A DNA stretch of 64,000 nt, taken from an uncultured Planctomycetia bacterium (GTDB taxonomy: Bacteria; Omnitrophota; Gorgyraeia; B26-G9). Shown here in pieces: positions 49,970-59,448 of this stretch. How positions within the stretch are numbered: position 1 is the stretch's first letter; every line of letters starts with the position of its first letter. The notes under the pieces are model-generated. The model worked only from the letters and a program-made list of their open reading frames with translations, did not search any database and was not told the DNA's origin. Both the position numbers and the translations under genes were made by a program. The stretch lies in contig CAYTGV010000001.1 in the NCBI GenBank assembly GCA_964437495.1, positions 28,552 to 92,551 on the forward strand, written 5' to 3'.

Positions 49970-50815
49970 TTAAAATTCTCCGTTTACTATCTGGGCATCG
50001 CCCGCTAATTTCTTCACCCCTTGAATCCTGCGTTTTAACTTATTGTCTCTGGGATAAAGTTCTAAAATTTTCTTATAATAATGAATGCTTTGTTCATAAT
50101 CCTTTATCCTTTCAAAAGAAGCCGCGAGTAGTGTCAGAACATGCCTTTTTTCGATATTATTGACCTCCCTTGGCAGAAAAAGATAAGCCTGTCTGAAATA
50201 GGCTATGGACTTGACATAATCATTATTCATAATAAAGTAAATATCACCTATTTGCGAATAAATTTCCCAGGCTTTGGGGTTATATCTCAATCCATTCTTC
50301 AAGAATCTAATTGCCTTATCAGACTTACCCAGGCGTATGCCCAGCCAATAACCACCCACAATATATGCCTTAATATAATATGGATCCGCTAATACAGCAA
50401 GTTCAAACCAAGGCATTATCTCGGCACTTTTGGCATTATTAAGATGTTGAACCGGCTTGTAAGAAATAGCCTTGTTTAAGCGTGAAAAAATATCCTGATC
50501 ATCATTCACAGGCTGCCAAATTTCATTATTCTGCTTAGAGACATGCTCGTGGGGTACTTCACCTTCTAGACAAGAATGTCCTGCATTGTGCTTTGGATGC
50601 GAAGTCCCGCCGTGAAAATATCTATCTGCTTTTAAATACAAAATTGCCGCTATACTGCTGCGCAGCTGTCCAAACATCTTATAGAAAATATCGTTTTGAC
50701 AAATAAGGGAATTATTATTTGCCATAAAAAAAACATCAAGGTGTGCTGAACTACAAACTAAAATCAATACCACGATGATAACAATTAAGCTAGAATGGAA
50801 TTTGCCTAAAGCCAT
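49970..50815 (-). CDS. Membrane-anchored TPR-repeat protein
   Basis: 281 aa with an N-terminal hydrophobic anchor and TPR repeats; last gene of the ABC transporter operon. Confidence 0.5.
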   Translation of the reverse strand: MALGKFHSSLIVIIVVLILVCSSAHLDVFFMANNNSLICQNDIFYKMFGQLRSSIAAILYLKADRYFHGGTSHPKHNAGHSCLEGEVPHEHVSKQNNEIWQPVNDDQDIFSRLNKAISYKPVQHLNNAKSAEIMPWFELAVLADPYYIKAYIVGGYWLGIRLGKSDKAIRFLKNGLRYNPKAWEIYSQIGDIYFIMNNDYVKSIAYFRQAYLFLPREVNNIEKRHVLTLLAASFERIKDYEQSIHYYKKILELYPRDNKLKRRIQGVKKLAGDAQIVNGEF

Positions 50816-51564
50816 CTCTTTTGAAACCTCTTAAAAACAAAAAAAAGCAAGCAAGCCACATAAAGAGTCGCATACCCAAATATAGACAACATAACCCACA
50901 GCGGTAATGGACTCCATTCATATATAAGTCGATGGCGCAAATCAAAAAATTCAAAATGAGGCAAGAGATAATAAGCAATTTCCCCCAGAATAGGCAGGCG
51001 GTAAAATGCTTCTCGCATATTAGCGCCAAACCAACTCATTAAAAAGAAAATAGTATATGACAAAGTAACTGTAGTGGAAAATGTACAAAATACGGAAAGG
51101 CATATAGTCATTGCATTCAAAACAGCAAGCATAATAATACCACCCATAAATACCTGTGTATAAAGCAGCCAATCTCCTTGTCCTTGTTTAAGTAAGCTTA
51201 TAACCGTAAACAGCAAAAAAAATAAACCGAAACTAATCCAGCTTATAAACAAACTTCCCAAAAATTTACCGGCAATCACATGAACTCTCTTTATCGGTTT
51301 TGCCAAAAGAGGATATATTGTCTTTCCGCTTATCTCTTCTAACATAAGTCTTGCCGCATTAGGTACTGCAATAATTATGGAAAATAAAAATACAAGCCCC
51401 AGTCCTATTTCATTCATATATCTATAAATATGCTTAATTTCAAAAAAAGCGGCATTTGCTAGATAGACCATTAAAATAAGCAGCATTGTAATAAACACAT
51501 ATATATCTTTTTTACGGAATATTTCACGCATTATATTTATTGCGATCAGTTTAACTATCAACAT
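50806..51564 (-). CDS. ABC-2-type transporter permease
   Basis: 252 aa, about 6 TM; translationally coupled to the ATPase. Confidence 0.55.
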   Translation of the reverse strand: MLIVKLIAINIMREIFRKKDIYVFITMLLILMVYLANAAFFEIKHIYRYMNEIGLGLVFLFSIIIAVPNAARLMLEEISGKTIYPLLAKPIKRVHVIAGKFLGSLFISWISFGLFFLLFTVISLLKQGQGDWLLYTQVFMGGIIMLAVLNAMTICLSVFCTFSTTVTLSYTIFFLMSWFGANMREAFYRLPILGEIAYYLLPHFEFFDLRHRLIYEWSPLPLWVMLSIFGYATLYVACLLFFVFKRFQKRWL

Positions 51565-52304
51565 AGGTCACCTTTTATTATAATGTCTATAAAATACCTT
51601 TCTAGACTCATATCATCTCCCTTTTGCTTAAAAATATCCTCTACCTTATCTGTTTTTACCAGGACACCTTTATTTATAATTCCAATCCTGTCACAGACAA
51701 GCTCAACTTCTGAAAGCTCATGAGAGGAGAAAAAAATTGTTTTCCCTTTTGCCTTTAACCCTTTAATTATCTCACGTACGCTGCTTCTCGCCAGAGGATC
51801 AAGTCCGCTTGTAGGTTCATCAAAAATTAGCAAGTCAGGATCATTTATTAGGGATTGGGCCAGGCTTATCTTTTGCATCATTCCTTTAGAAAAATTTTTC
51901 ATCAATACATTTGCTTCTGCCTCCATACCAACAAGACTTAGCAAGTTGTCAATTTTTTTATCCGCAGTCTTTTTTCTAAAGCCAAAAAATCCGGCATACA
52001 TTCTAAGCAGTTCCCGTGGGGTTAAATACCAGTAATAATTAGCAATCTCCGGCATATAGCCCATACGTGAACGCACAGAGTAATCAGAAGAATCTTGTCC
52101 AAAAATGCTTATTTGACCCGCGGCTACAGGAAGAAAGTTAAAGATTGATTTTATGGTAGTAGTTTTGCCAGCACCATTAGGGCCAAGAAAGCCAAACACT
52201 TCTCCAGAGACAATCTTAAGCGTAAGATGAGCAATTGCCTTTTTCAGGAAATTGCTTCCTTTATAAGTAACAGATAAATCATTCAATTCCAACGCATATT
52301 TCAT
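51558..52304 (-). CDS. ABC transporter ATP-binding protein
   Basis: Walker A GPNGAGKTT, a signature-like FSKGMMQK, and Walker B LLIFDEPTSGLD. Confidence 0.85.
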   Translation of the reverse strand: MKYALELNDLSVTYKGSNFLKKAIAHLTLKIVSGEVFGFLGPNGAGKTTTIKSIFNFLPVAAGQISIFGQDSSDYSVRSRMGYMPEIANYYWYLTPRELLRMYAGFFGFRKKTADKKIDNLLSLVGMEAEANVLMKNFSKGMMQKISLAQSLINDPDLLIFDEPTSGLDPLARSSVREIIKGLKAKGKTIFFSSHELSEVELVCDRIGIINKGVLVKTDKVEDIFKQKGDDMSLERYFIDIIIKGDLC

Positions 52305-52334
52305 GAGCTTATTATACCAAAAAAAAATTGATTA

Positions 52335-53705
52335 TTAAAGCTGCTTGAAAAACTTATCCTCAAATATCGTCCCTTGATTAAGAACAAGATCAGGATCTAT
52401 TGTCTTTTTAATAATAGCCATTTCACGCAACCCTTTAACGCCAAGCATAATTTTAAGATATTTCCGTTTTAATTTACCGATTCCATGTTCTGCTGAAACA
52501 GTTCCTCCCAATCTAAGGCCTTCCTTGACAAACTCAAGGTAAAGATTTTTAGCCCTTTGAAAATCGTTTTTAGTTTTCGGCATTAAATTAACGTAAAGAT
52601 GATTTTCCCCGATATGGTCGAATACGCAATATTGCATACTGCTGTTTTCAAGTGCGCGTTCATAGAAATCAAACATCCCCGGAAAATGCCTATCTGAAAC
52701 CGCAATATCAGTATTAATCTTCGAAAACCCGTTTTCTTTAACTCTTTCATTTATAAAAACCGGCAAATCGTAGCGCATTGCATTAATAGGAATCTAGCGG
52801 TATTTCGGCCTGAGCATATCAAGAGAGAAGACGTCAAAATATTCAATACAACTAGCATCAATATCGTTATTTTTAGCAGATTTTCGGCTGGTATATGTTA
52901 GTTTTTTAGATTAAAAACAAATTCCAGTGCCTGCATTTTGGTTTTAAAAAAGACTACTCCGTTAAACTCCTGTTCCGGCAATTCACAGAGGATTACTTTG
53001 ATCTTACTTATCATACCTAAAATACCCTCACAACCAATAAACAAGTCAATCAGATCACTACCGGAAAAGATATAATAATCGACAGAATTTTTAACTTTAG
53101 GCAGGCGGTAGCCGGGCAAAGCACAGAATAATGGCTTGTTTTTAATAGGAATATAGAGCCTGTTTTTAACAAAACAATTACCTCTTTGGATATCAAGTAA
53201 TTGCCCTGTGGACAGGATAATATACAGGCCAAGGATATGCTTTCTTGTTGAACCGTATTTAAAACCTTTAGCCCCGGAGGCATTGGTAGCTACGGTTCCC
53301 CCCAAGATATGCATTTTTTTCTGTAGGATCAAGTAAATAGGTGAGTCCGTATTTAGCAGCCTCCAGGCATAACTGCTCAATGCTCACGCCAGGCTCTATA
53401 ACTGCAAATCCCCCAGGCTTGTCCGGAAATTTTTTAATATCAACTATTTTGTTTAGTTTTTCAGTTGAAATTATTGAACCACTCAAGGAAATTCTACCTC
53501 CCACAATACCGGTTTATGCTTCGAATATAGTCAGGGGCATTTTTCCAGAAGCAGCTTCTTTAAAATAAGCAATTGCCTCATATTCAGTTTTAGGAAAAAC
53601 TATTTCCCGGGCATTTCCACAACTCAACCCAGAACTATCCTGTAAATAATCTTTGAATGTATCTATATTCTTTTTTCGTAACATAATTAACCTAATTACC
53701 TTCAT
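52335..53705 (-). pseudogene. FAD-linked oxidase (GlcD / D-lactate dehydrogenase family) gene broken into at least 4 pieces
   Basis: Track ORFs 53514..53705, 53268..53504, 52898..53380 and 52335..52778 together span an FAD_binding_4 domain (...GGNxxTNASGAKGFKYG...) and the C-terminal ...SAEHGIGKLK...DPDLVLNQG. Lesions: an in-frame TAA at 53514..53516 (...LTIFEA*TGIVGGRISL), a frame change inside a G6 homopolymer at about 53299..53304, and a stop/frame break in 52779..52897. Confidence 0.6.
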
Positions 53706-53745
53706 TATAGAATAAAATAGTCATTAACCGCTACAAATAAAAGAC

Positions 53746-53774
53746 TTGACATAAAGTGGCACTTGTGATATTAT
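53746..53774 (+). promoter_or_regulatory. Near-consensus sigma70 promoter of small ORF 53823..54059
   Basis: TTGACA-17 nt-TATTAT; AAGGAGGT lies 9 nt before the ATG. Confidence 0.5.
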
Positions 53775-53822
53775 TTTAATATTGAACGGAGTCATCTGAC
53801 ATTTACAAGGAGGTAAAAAAAG

Positions 53823-54059
53823 ATGCCTAGCAAGAAAAGCCATCCAGAATCATCTGACCAATCAAAGAAAAACGAAATATTGCGTAATTCTACGAGTAAA
53901 AAATTCAATGCAAATAATACCCAATTAAAGCTGGTATGCTTTGAGAATTCAATTGCCTCAAAGATGCGCGAAGAAGACATTATCCGTGCTTGTTCTATCT
54001 ACAACAAGACTCAGGAAAAAATCATTAAACTCAAGATATCACAGATCTATTTTAATTAG
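53823..54059 (+). CDS. Small basic hydrophilic protein of unknown function (78 aa)
   Basis: Strong SD and promoter. Sequence MPSKKSHPESSDQSKKNEILRNSTSKKFNANNTQLKLVCFENSIASKMREEDIIRACSIYNKTQEKIIKLKISQIYFN. Divergent from csrA. Confidence 0.45.
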   Translation: MPSKKSHPESSDQSKKNEILRNSTSKKFNANNTQLKLVCFENSIASKMREEDIIRACSIYNKTQEKIIKLKISQIYFN

Positions 54060-54186
54060 AAACTGTTTGTCCTCTTTTAAAATCCCAAAATTTACCTTAT
54101 ACAATCATATATTGAAAATAATGAACTGAACCGACATCACGCCATACAGATATTAGCGTTTAAAGGCAGCATTTAGAATACTATCT

Positions 54187-54432
54187 CTATTGGGAAGGAT
54201 CTTTTTTCTTCTTAAATATATTAGAAAGCTTTTCTAAATTAGTATGTTTTTTTTGTACTGCGCTTAGATTTTGTTTATGAATAGAATCATATATTTCTTT
54301 TCTATGAACAGGGATATCTCGCGGAGCAGTTATCCCCAGCTTAACTTGCTCACCGCGGACTTCCACAACCTTCACTTCAACATTGTCCCCGATAATTATA
54401 CTTTCATTTGGCTTGCGCGAAAGAACTAACAT
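54187..54432 (-). CDS. csrA: Carbon storage regulator CsrA
   Basis: [48 protein letters not shown]. Confidence 0.9.
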   Translation of the reverse strand: MLVLSRKPNESIIIGDNVEVKVVEVRGEQVKLGITAPRDIPVHRKEIYDSIHKQNLSAVQKKHTNLEKLSNIFKKKKDPSQ

Positions 54433-54880
54433 TTTTATCCTCTATTTTTTTAAGCATTTCATCCAAAACTAAATGTTGTATCGAATAATCCTGTTCTTGT
54501 AAGACTACCTGTCTACATATATTTTTCTCTTTATTAATCATCAGCGGTGCCAGTAAATTAGCGCTGATTTGATCTGAGCCTTGAGGCACACACACAATAA
54601 CATAACACATGCATTCCTCAATATCGCTGATCTGCAATGCTGTTTTATCCAGTAATGATACTACGGGTTTATAATCCAGTTTAACTTCCAGAGGATCCAT
54701 AATGATAAAATTTATTCCAGAGTCGCTTTGCGACTGCATCCAAAAGAAAGGCTCCTTTGATTTCTCACTCACAATTCTATACTCTTTATGTGTTTCAAAC
54801 CCGATAATCCCTTCCGGAAAAAACATTTTGCTCCCATTGAGCGATGAAGCCCGCTCTTCATGTTTAATAGTTGTTTTCAT
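54404..54880 (-). CDS. fliW: Flagellar assembly factor FliW
   Basis: [43 protein letters not shown] matches the FliW pattern; overlaps csrA as in the Bacillus-type fliW-csrA pair. Confidence 0.85.
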   Translation of the reverse strand: MKTTIKHEERASSLNGSKMFFPEGIIGFETHKEYRIVSEKSKEPFFWMQSQSDSGINFIIMDPLEVKLDYKPVVSLLDKTALQISDIEECMCYVIVCVPQGSDQISANLLAPLMINKEKNICRQVVLQEQDYSIQHLVLDEMLKKIEDKNVSSFAQAK

Positions 54881-55209
54881 ATAACTACTTACCCCCTTTC
54901 TTCATAAACGAACTCATCCATTTATGATCATCATTTTTTGTTTATTAAAAATTTAAACTCCCCAGCATATTGATTGTCATTTGGTTATCCGGCTCAATTA
55001 ATAAAACCTCTTCTAATTCGTACTTTGCGCGCGCATAATTCTTTTTTAATATCGCGCTCATTGCCCTAGCAAAATAAGCATCCGCTTACCCTCCTGCTCC
55101 TTTTTAAAACCGCTGAAACCTTCTGCATTATCTTTGCCTTACTTAAAAGCATTTCCGCTAAAAGCACCATCTGATTTTCCTTAACAACGCTTAAGTTATT
55201 TCTTATTTA

Positions 55210-56847
55210 TTAGTCTCTATCCATCTTTTCACGTAATTGCTCAGAAACATTTTCCATCTTTCTTTCATAATAACTTTTGAGCTTTTCATTTTCTTTTTCA
55301 AGAATGCGAATCTGTTTTATATATTTAGCCTCTTCAATGCGCAGCTTCTTTTCCCATTCAAAAGAATTATGCAGAATCTCTGCTTCAGCGTCTCCTTGGA
55401 GGTTCAGTATCGTTTTTTTCTGTTTAGCCAGTTTTGTCTCTAATGTGCTCTTCTGGTCGGCAATTTTATCTTGCAGTTCTGCTAACTCGCGTTTTTGTCT
55501 TTTATTCTCCTTCTTTACATTTCTAAGCTCATCCTTTACGATTTTAGAAATTTTGTATGCCTCTCTTGTCTCTTCTCCGGAATAAAGCGCTAATTTCTGA
55601 TTCAATATTTGGATCTGATTGTTTTTTTCAGAGACGACTATCGCCTTTGTTTTTATCTCCTCTTTGAGCTTTAGAATATACATCCTCAACTGTTCAGATG
55701 ATTTTTTTAAAACCTCATTTTCTTCTAAATATTTATTTTTTTCCTTCTCTATACTTTGCCCATACTCAAGCTCTTTTTCCGCTGTCAACTGCCTCAGAAT
55801 CTTTTCCTTTTGCTGAGCCTGCTGCTTTGTTTTTTCGATCTCTTGCTCTCTCTTAAAAATTTCCTCAGCATACTTATTTTCTTTACTGCGAATTATTTCA
55901 TCCAGTTTTTCGTATTTTTGATTCAATTTATATTCTAATACTTTTACTTCCTGCTCTGTTTTAATCCTGTATCTCTCTTCAAGCTGGAGATGTTTCTGTT
56001 TATATTCTTCTTCTTTTATTTCCAGTTCTTGATTAAATACGCTTCTTTGTTTTTCTATTTTTTCATTAAAGTCTTTAACCCGCTGCGCCAAAACTCTTAT
56101 CTGAGAGTCTCTCTGAACAATCGAAGTCCCAGCGTCTCCTATTTCCTGTTCCCGGACCATACCCTCTACGCCTTTAGATTCATCCATAATCTGCTGCAGA
56201 CGGGCATCATATTCCTTTTCCTTGCGTTTTAGAACCTCTTTATGCAAATTATCCTTTATTTTTAATTGTTCGCTCAAGCTGTCAACCTTTGCTGTAAGCT
56301 CAATTATCTTTTTCTCACCCCTGTTATCCAGTACGGATTTATCCTTTTGCTTTGCCTGCGCCATAACTTTCTCAAACTGCCCTGATAAGCTTTTCACTTT
56401 CATGTTGAACTCAAGCTCTTTTTGGATAAACGCTTCTTCGCTGGCTTTCTTCTGCTGAACAAAGTCATCCTCAGCCTTAAGTAATTTCTTTTCAAGGCTT
56501 TCAATTACCGGATAAGAAGACTCTTCTACGGCTTTTTGAAATATCAACTGCTGCTTTTTAAGCAGCTGTTCATATTTCACTTTCTGCTTACTGAGTGCCT
56601 CTTCCTGTGCCTGTTTCTGCTTATTCAATTCTTCCTTCAAAAAAGCTATTTCATTATCAAGTATCTTTTTCCAATAATAGCTTTTATTATCCCCAGCATT
56701 TTCATTAACACGATTTGATTGATAGATAACAGTCGGTTCATTAGATTTGACTGTCGCAACTGCCAAGCTAGGGATAAAAACCATCAACGCAATAATTGCA
56801 AGAATCATCTTTAACAAAATATCCGCAGATTTAATATCTCTTTTCAT
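55210..56847 (-). CDS. Membrane-anchored, E/K/Q-rich long coiled-coil protein, co-oriented upstream of fliW-csrA
   Basis: 545 aa with an N-terminal hydrophobic anchor (ILLKMILAIIALMVFIPSLAVA) followed by about 480 aa of heptad-like charged repeats. The many + strand ORFs across 55237..56941 are antisense low-complexity artefacts. Confidence 0.55.
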   Translation of the reverse strand: MKRDIKSADILLKMILAIIALMVFIPSLAVATVKSNEPTVIYQSNRVNENAGDNKSYYWKKILDNEIAFLKEELNKQKQAQEEALSKQKVKYEQLLKKQQLIFQKAVEESSYPVIESLEKKLLKAEDDFVQQKKASEEAFIQKELEFNMKVKSLSGQFEKVMAQAKQKDKSVLDNRGEKKIIELTAKVDSLSEQLKIKDNLHKEVLKRKEKEYDARLQQIMDESKGVEGMVREQEIGDAGTSIVQRDSQIRVLAQRVKDFNEKIEKQRSVFNQELEIKEEEYKQKHLQLEERYRIKTEQEVKVLEYKLNQKYEKLDEIIRSKENKYAEEIFKREQEIEKTKQQAQQKEKILRQLTAEKELEYGQSIEKEKNKYLEENEVLKKSSEQLRMYILKLKEEIKTKAIVVSEKNNQIQILNQKLALYSGEETREAYKISKIVKDELRNVKKENKRQKRELAELQDKIADQKSTLETKLAKQKKTILNLQGDAEAEILHNSFEWEKKLRIEEAKYIKQIRILEKENEKLKSYYERKMENVSEQLREKMDRD

Positions 56848-57341
56848 ATTCGTAATTTTCCCTTATTTAATTCGCCTGCAAATAAAGAAAAAACCGAACG
56901 TCATCTTTATGTTTAAAAGACAACTTTCGGTTTTACTTTAAATCTTCCTAATTTTACAAGTATAGATTTTGAAGCCAATTTTATATTACCCCTTAATCCT
57001 GGAACTTTTTGCCATAAAAAACAGTCTGGTATCTTAGAGAAATAAGCCCTACTTCCCCCTACACTACGCCACCCCTATTAACATAAAAAAATATTAATTA
57101 GTAGACATTTTCAGCTTAGTGCTATCTATTTACTAATTATGACTTTAAAGAAGGGAAAAGTCAAGTAAAAATTAGCTTTTTTAAAGGATTTTACACAATA
57201 TTTTGAACAATTTGGTATGCTTGATACAAGATATAGATATTGGGAAATTTGAGAGATTAAAAAAATGCGGTTATTCATTGTAGAAGAGATGTAAATCAAA
57301 CACTATATCTAGTGCCTATTTTTAGGCAATATCAACTGAAA

Positions 57342-58091
57342 TCACTTGAGTTTTAGCCCCAAATCAAGCCCTAATCGAACAATCTCCAAAGCCTTGCCTT
57401 TCATGGCCGATCTCTCTGTCTTGGAAAATTCTCCCCAAAAAGGCCTGGATATTATATTGTCACTGACAAAGCAAAAAGCAATAGCTTTAATCTTTTGCCG
57501 GGATGTCGCTGCATAAAAAAACGCACACTCAAGATCTACACTCTGTACTCCGTTTTTAGCCAATTCCTCGACTCTTGGCTTTTCCTGATCCCAAAACGTA
57601 TGAATGCTCAAAACATTAGCTTGTTTTAGATCATATCCTTTCTCAATTGCTGTGGCTAAACTATTTTTGAGCATTTGCGGATCGGGATAGAAAACATTTT
57701 TGCTATCTGATTTAAAATTTATTCCAAACTTCTTATGATATTGCGTATCAAAAACAGCCTCCTTTAAAACAACAGCATCGGAGATTTTCAAATTCTGAAC
57801 AGCTCCAATAGCTCCGAGGAAAATCACTGCTTTTAATTTTTGCGGGTCTTGGGCCAGAATACAATCCACTACCATAGTCTGTCCCATGCCTGTATTGACA
57901 AATGTTATTTGTTTATTTTTATAAACCCCGCTCACCCCATGAAAAATAAGCCCTTTAAAGAATTTCTGCCTCTTGAGCTCAGAGGCGATGATCTTTGCAT
58001 GGAAAAAAGGGCTAATTATAAGCACTTTGCCTATATCATGACGACTTATTCCGAATATTTTTTCAAACTTCTTTTCTTCTATATCCTTCAT
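57342..58091 (-). CDS. PNP/UDP/MTA-nucleosidase-family nucleoside phosphorylase or hydrolase
   Basis: 249 aa; ...VNTGMGQT...FLGAIGAV...DLECAFFYAA... matches PNP_UDP_1 fold motifs. Confidence 0.55.
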   Translation of the reverse strand: MKDIEEKKFEKIFGISRHDIGKVLIISPFFHAKIIASELKRQKFFKGLIFHGVSGVYKNKQITFVNTGMGQTMVVDCILAQDPQKLKAVIFLGAIGAVQNLKISDAVVLKEAVFDTQYHKKFGINFKSDSKNVFYPDPQMLKNSLATAIEKGYDLKQANVLSIHTFWDQEKPRVEELAKNGVQSVDLECAFFYAATSRQKIKAIAFCFVSDNIISRPFWGEFSKTERSAMKGKALEIVRLGLDLGLKLK

Positions 58092-59167
58092 CTTGCCCTC
58101 ACAAGTTCATAATCCATTTTACCCAGTCCAATGCTTTGAGCATATATCAATTGATCCATATAAAAAGCCGCCTGCGGGTATCCCTTTTTAAAAATATCCT
58201 CATTGGCATTTTTTACAACCATATCTGCCGCTGCCTTATCACATGCTACGGGATCATCCGACGCAAAGATCCCAATATCATCTACGATAAACGGCTCATC
58301 CTTGGCCATACAATCGCAGTTCTTCGTAACATTTACAGCAAAATTAAAGAAAACCTTTTTCTTTATATTAAGCAAAACCCCGTAAGCATATTCGGCTATC
58401 TTTTCACTGAGCACTTTTGCATCTTCTCCATAATCATCGGCAATAGCTCCAAATTTACAGGCCGCAATACATTCGGCGCAACCAATACACAAATCCTGTT
58501 TTATGAACGCCTTTTCCTGGTATTCTATTATCGCATTCGCTGGACAATTTTTTATACAGCGCTTACAGAATGTACAATTTTCTGGCTTTACCCGCGGTTT
58601 TATATTTGAATGCTGTCTTAATTTCCCTGACCTGGAGGCAAAGCCCATTCCCATATTTTTCAAAGATGCCGCAAACCCGCTTAAAAGATGTCCGGTAACA
58701 TGAGCTATACTCACTACGGAATCAAAATACATTACCGGCTTTGCAATGCTCACTGATTCAAAATGTTTTTTTTTGATCTGGACCTCCATAGCATTTTCCC
58801 CCCAAAGTCCATCAGCGATAATAACCGGTGCCCCCAAAGAAACCGGATCAAACCCATGCACTGCCCCAAGCATAAGATGATCCACGGCATTAACCCGGCT
58901 GCCCTGATACAGAACATTCGTTTCAGCTATGAAAGGCTTTGCTGCCATTGACTTTATCTTATCAATGGCCACCTTAGCTGTTTTTGCTCCAACATGCCCG
59001 GTATTGCCTTTTTCCCCCATATGTATTTTTATAGGAACGATCTCCCCTTTTTTAAAACCATTTAAAAGCCCGCTCAGCTTTATCAGGTTTTTAAACAAAT
59101 ACGCAACCTGGACTTTATCCTTGGAATTTGCAACTGGTTGAAAATAAACAATACTTTTTGACATCAT
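58088..59167 (-). CDS. DUF362-domain protein with a 2x[4Fe-4S] ferredoxin insert
   Basis: CTFCKRCIKNCP and CIGCAECIAAC cluster motifs within a DUF362-like scaffold; 359 aa. Confidence 0.7.
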   Translation of the reverse strand: MMSKSIVYFQPVANSKDKVQVAYLFKNLIKLSGLLNGFKKGEIVPIKIHMGEKGNTGHVGAKTAKVAIDKIKSMAAKPFIAETNVLYQGSRVNAVDHLMLGAVHGFDPVSLGAPVIIADGLWGENAMEVQIKKKHFESVSIAKPVMYFDSVVSIAHVTGHLLSGFAASLKNMGMGFASRSGKLRQHSNIKPRVKPENCTFCKRCIKNCPANAIIEYQEKAFIKQDLCIGCAECIAACKFGAIADDYGEDAKVLSEKIAEYAYGVLLNIKKKVFFNFAVNVTKNCDCMAKDEPFIVDDIGIFASDDPVACDKAAADMVVKNANEDIFKKGYPQAAFYMDQLIYAQSIGLGKMDYELVRAR

Positions 59168-59448
59168 CTACCTCTTTCTTATTTTAACTCTAAATAATTA
59201 GTTTCTATGATAGCTAAGTACGCCTAAAAATACAATCAATTTATCATCGCCTGCTTCTTTTACACTCGACATTTCATTTTTTGTGTATTAGTATGTAATT
59301 TGATGGTGTTCAACTATATATATGCAGGGCTCACTTAACGATCCAGACTTTTTGATGAATTTTACTTTCAATAAAAAAATACTGCCCTGATCAACAACTG
59401 TTACAAAAAAATCATTCCCGAAAAATACACTTTACAGAAAAATTTAAA

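Noticed and set aside
53050-53283. 77-aa ORF overlapping the FAD-oxidase fragments in a third frame
   Set aside because: No homology signal; lies within the decayed gene and is most likely spurious.
4160-53516. Possibility of stop-codon reassignment or selenocysteine recoding explaining the in-frame stops
   Set aside because: All three stop codons occur as in-frame stops while conserved genes terminate normally with the same codons. I see no SECIS-like context, and only one of the four is TGA.
55237-56941. Many 60-100-aa + strand ORFs (S/F/L-rich) across the coiled-coil gene
   Set aside because: Mirror-image low-complexity artefacts of the E/K-rich coding strand, with no start signals.
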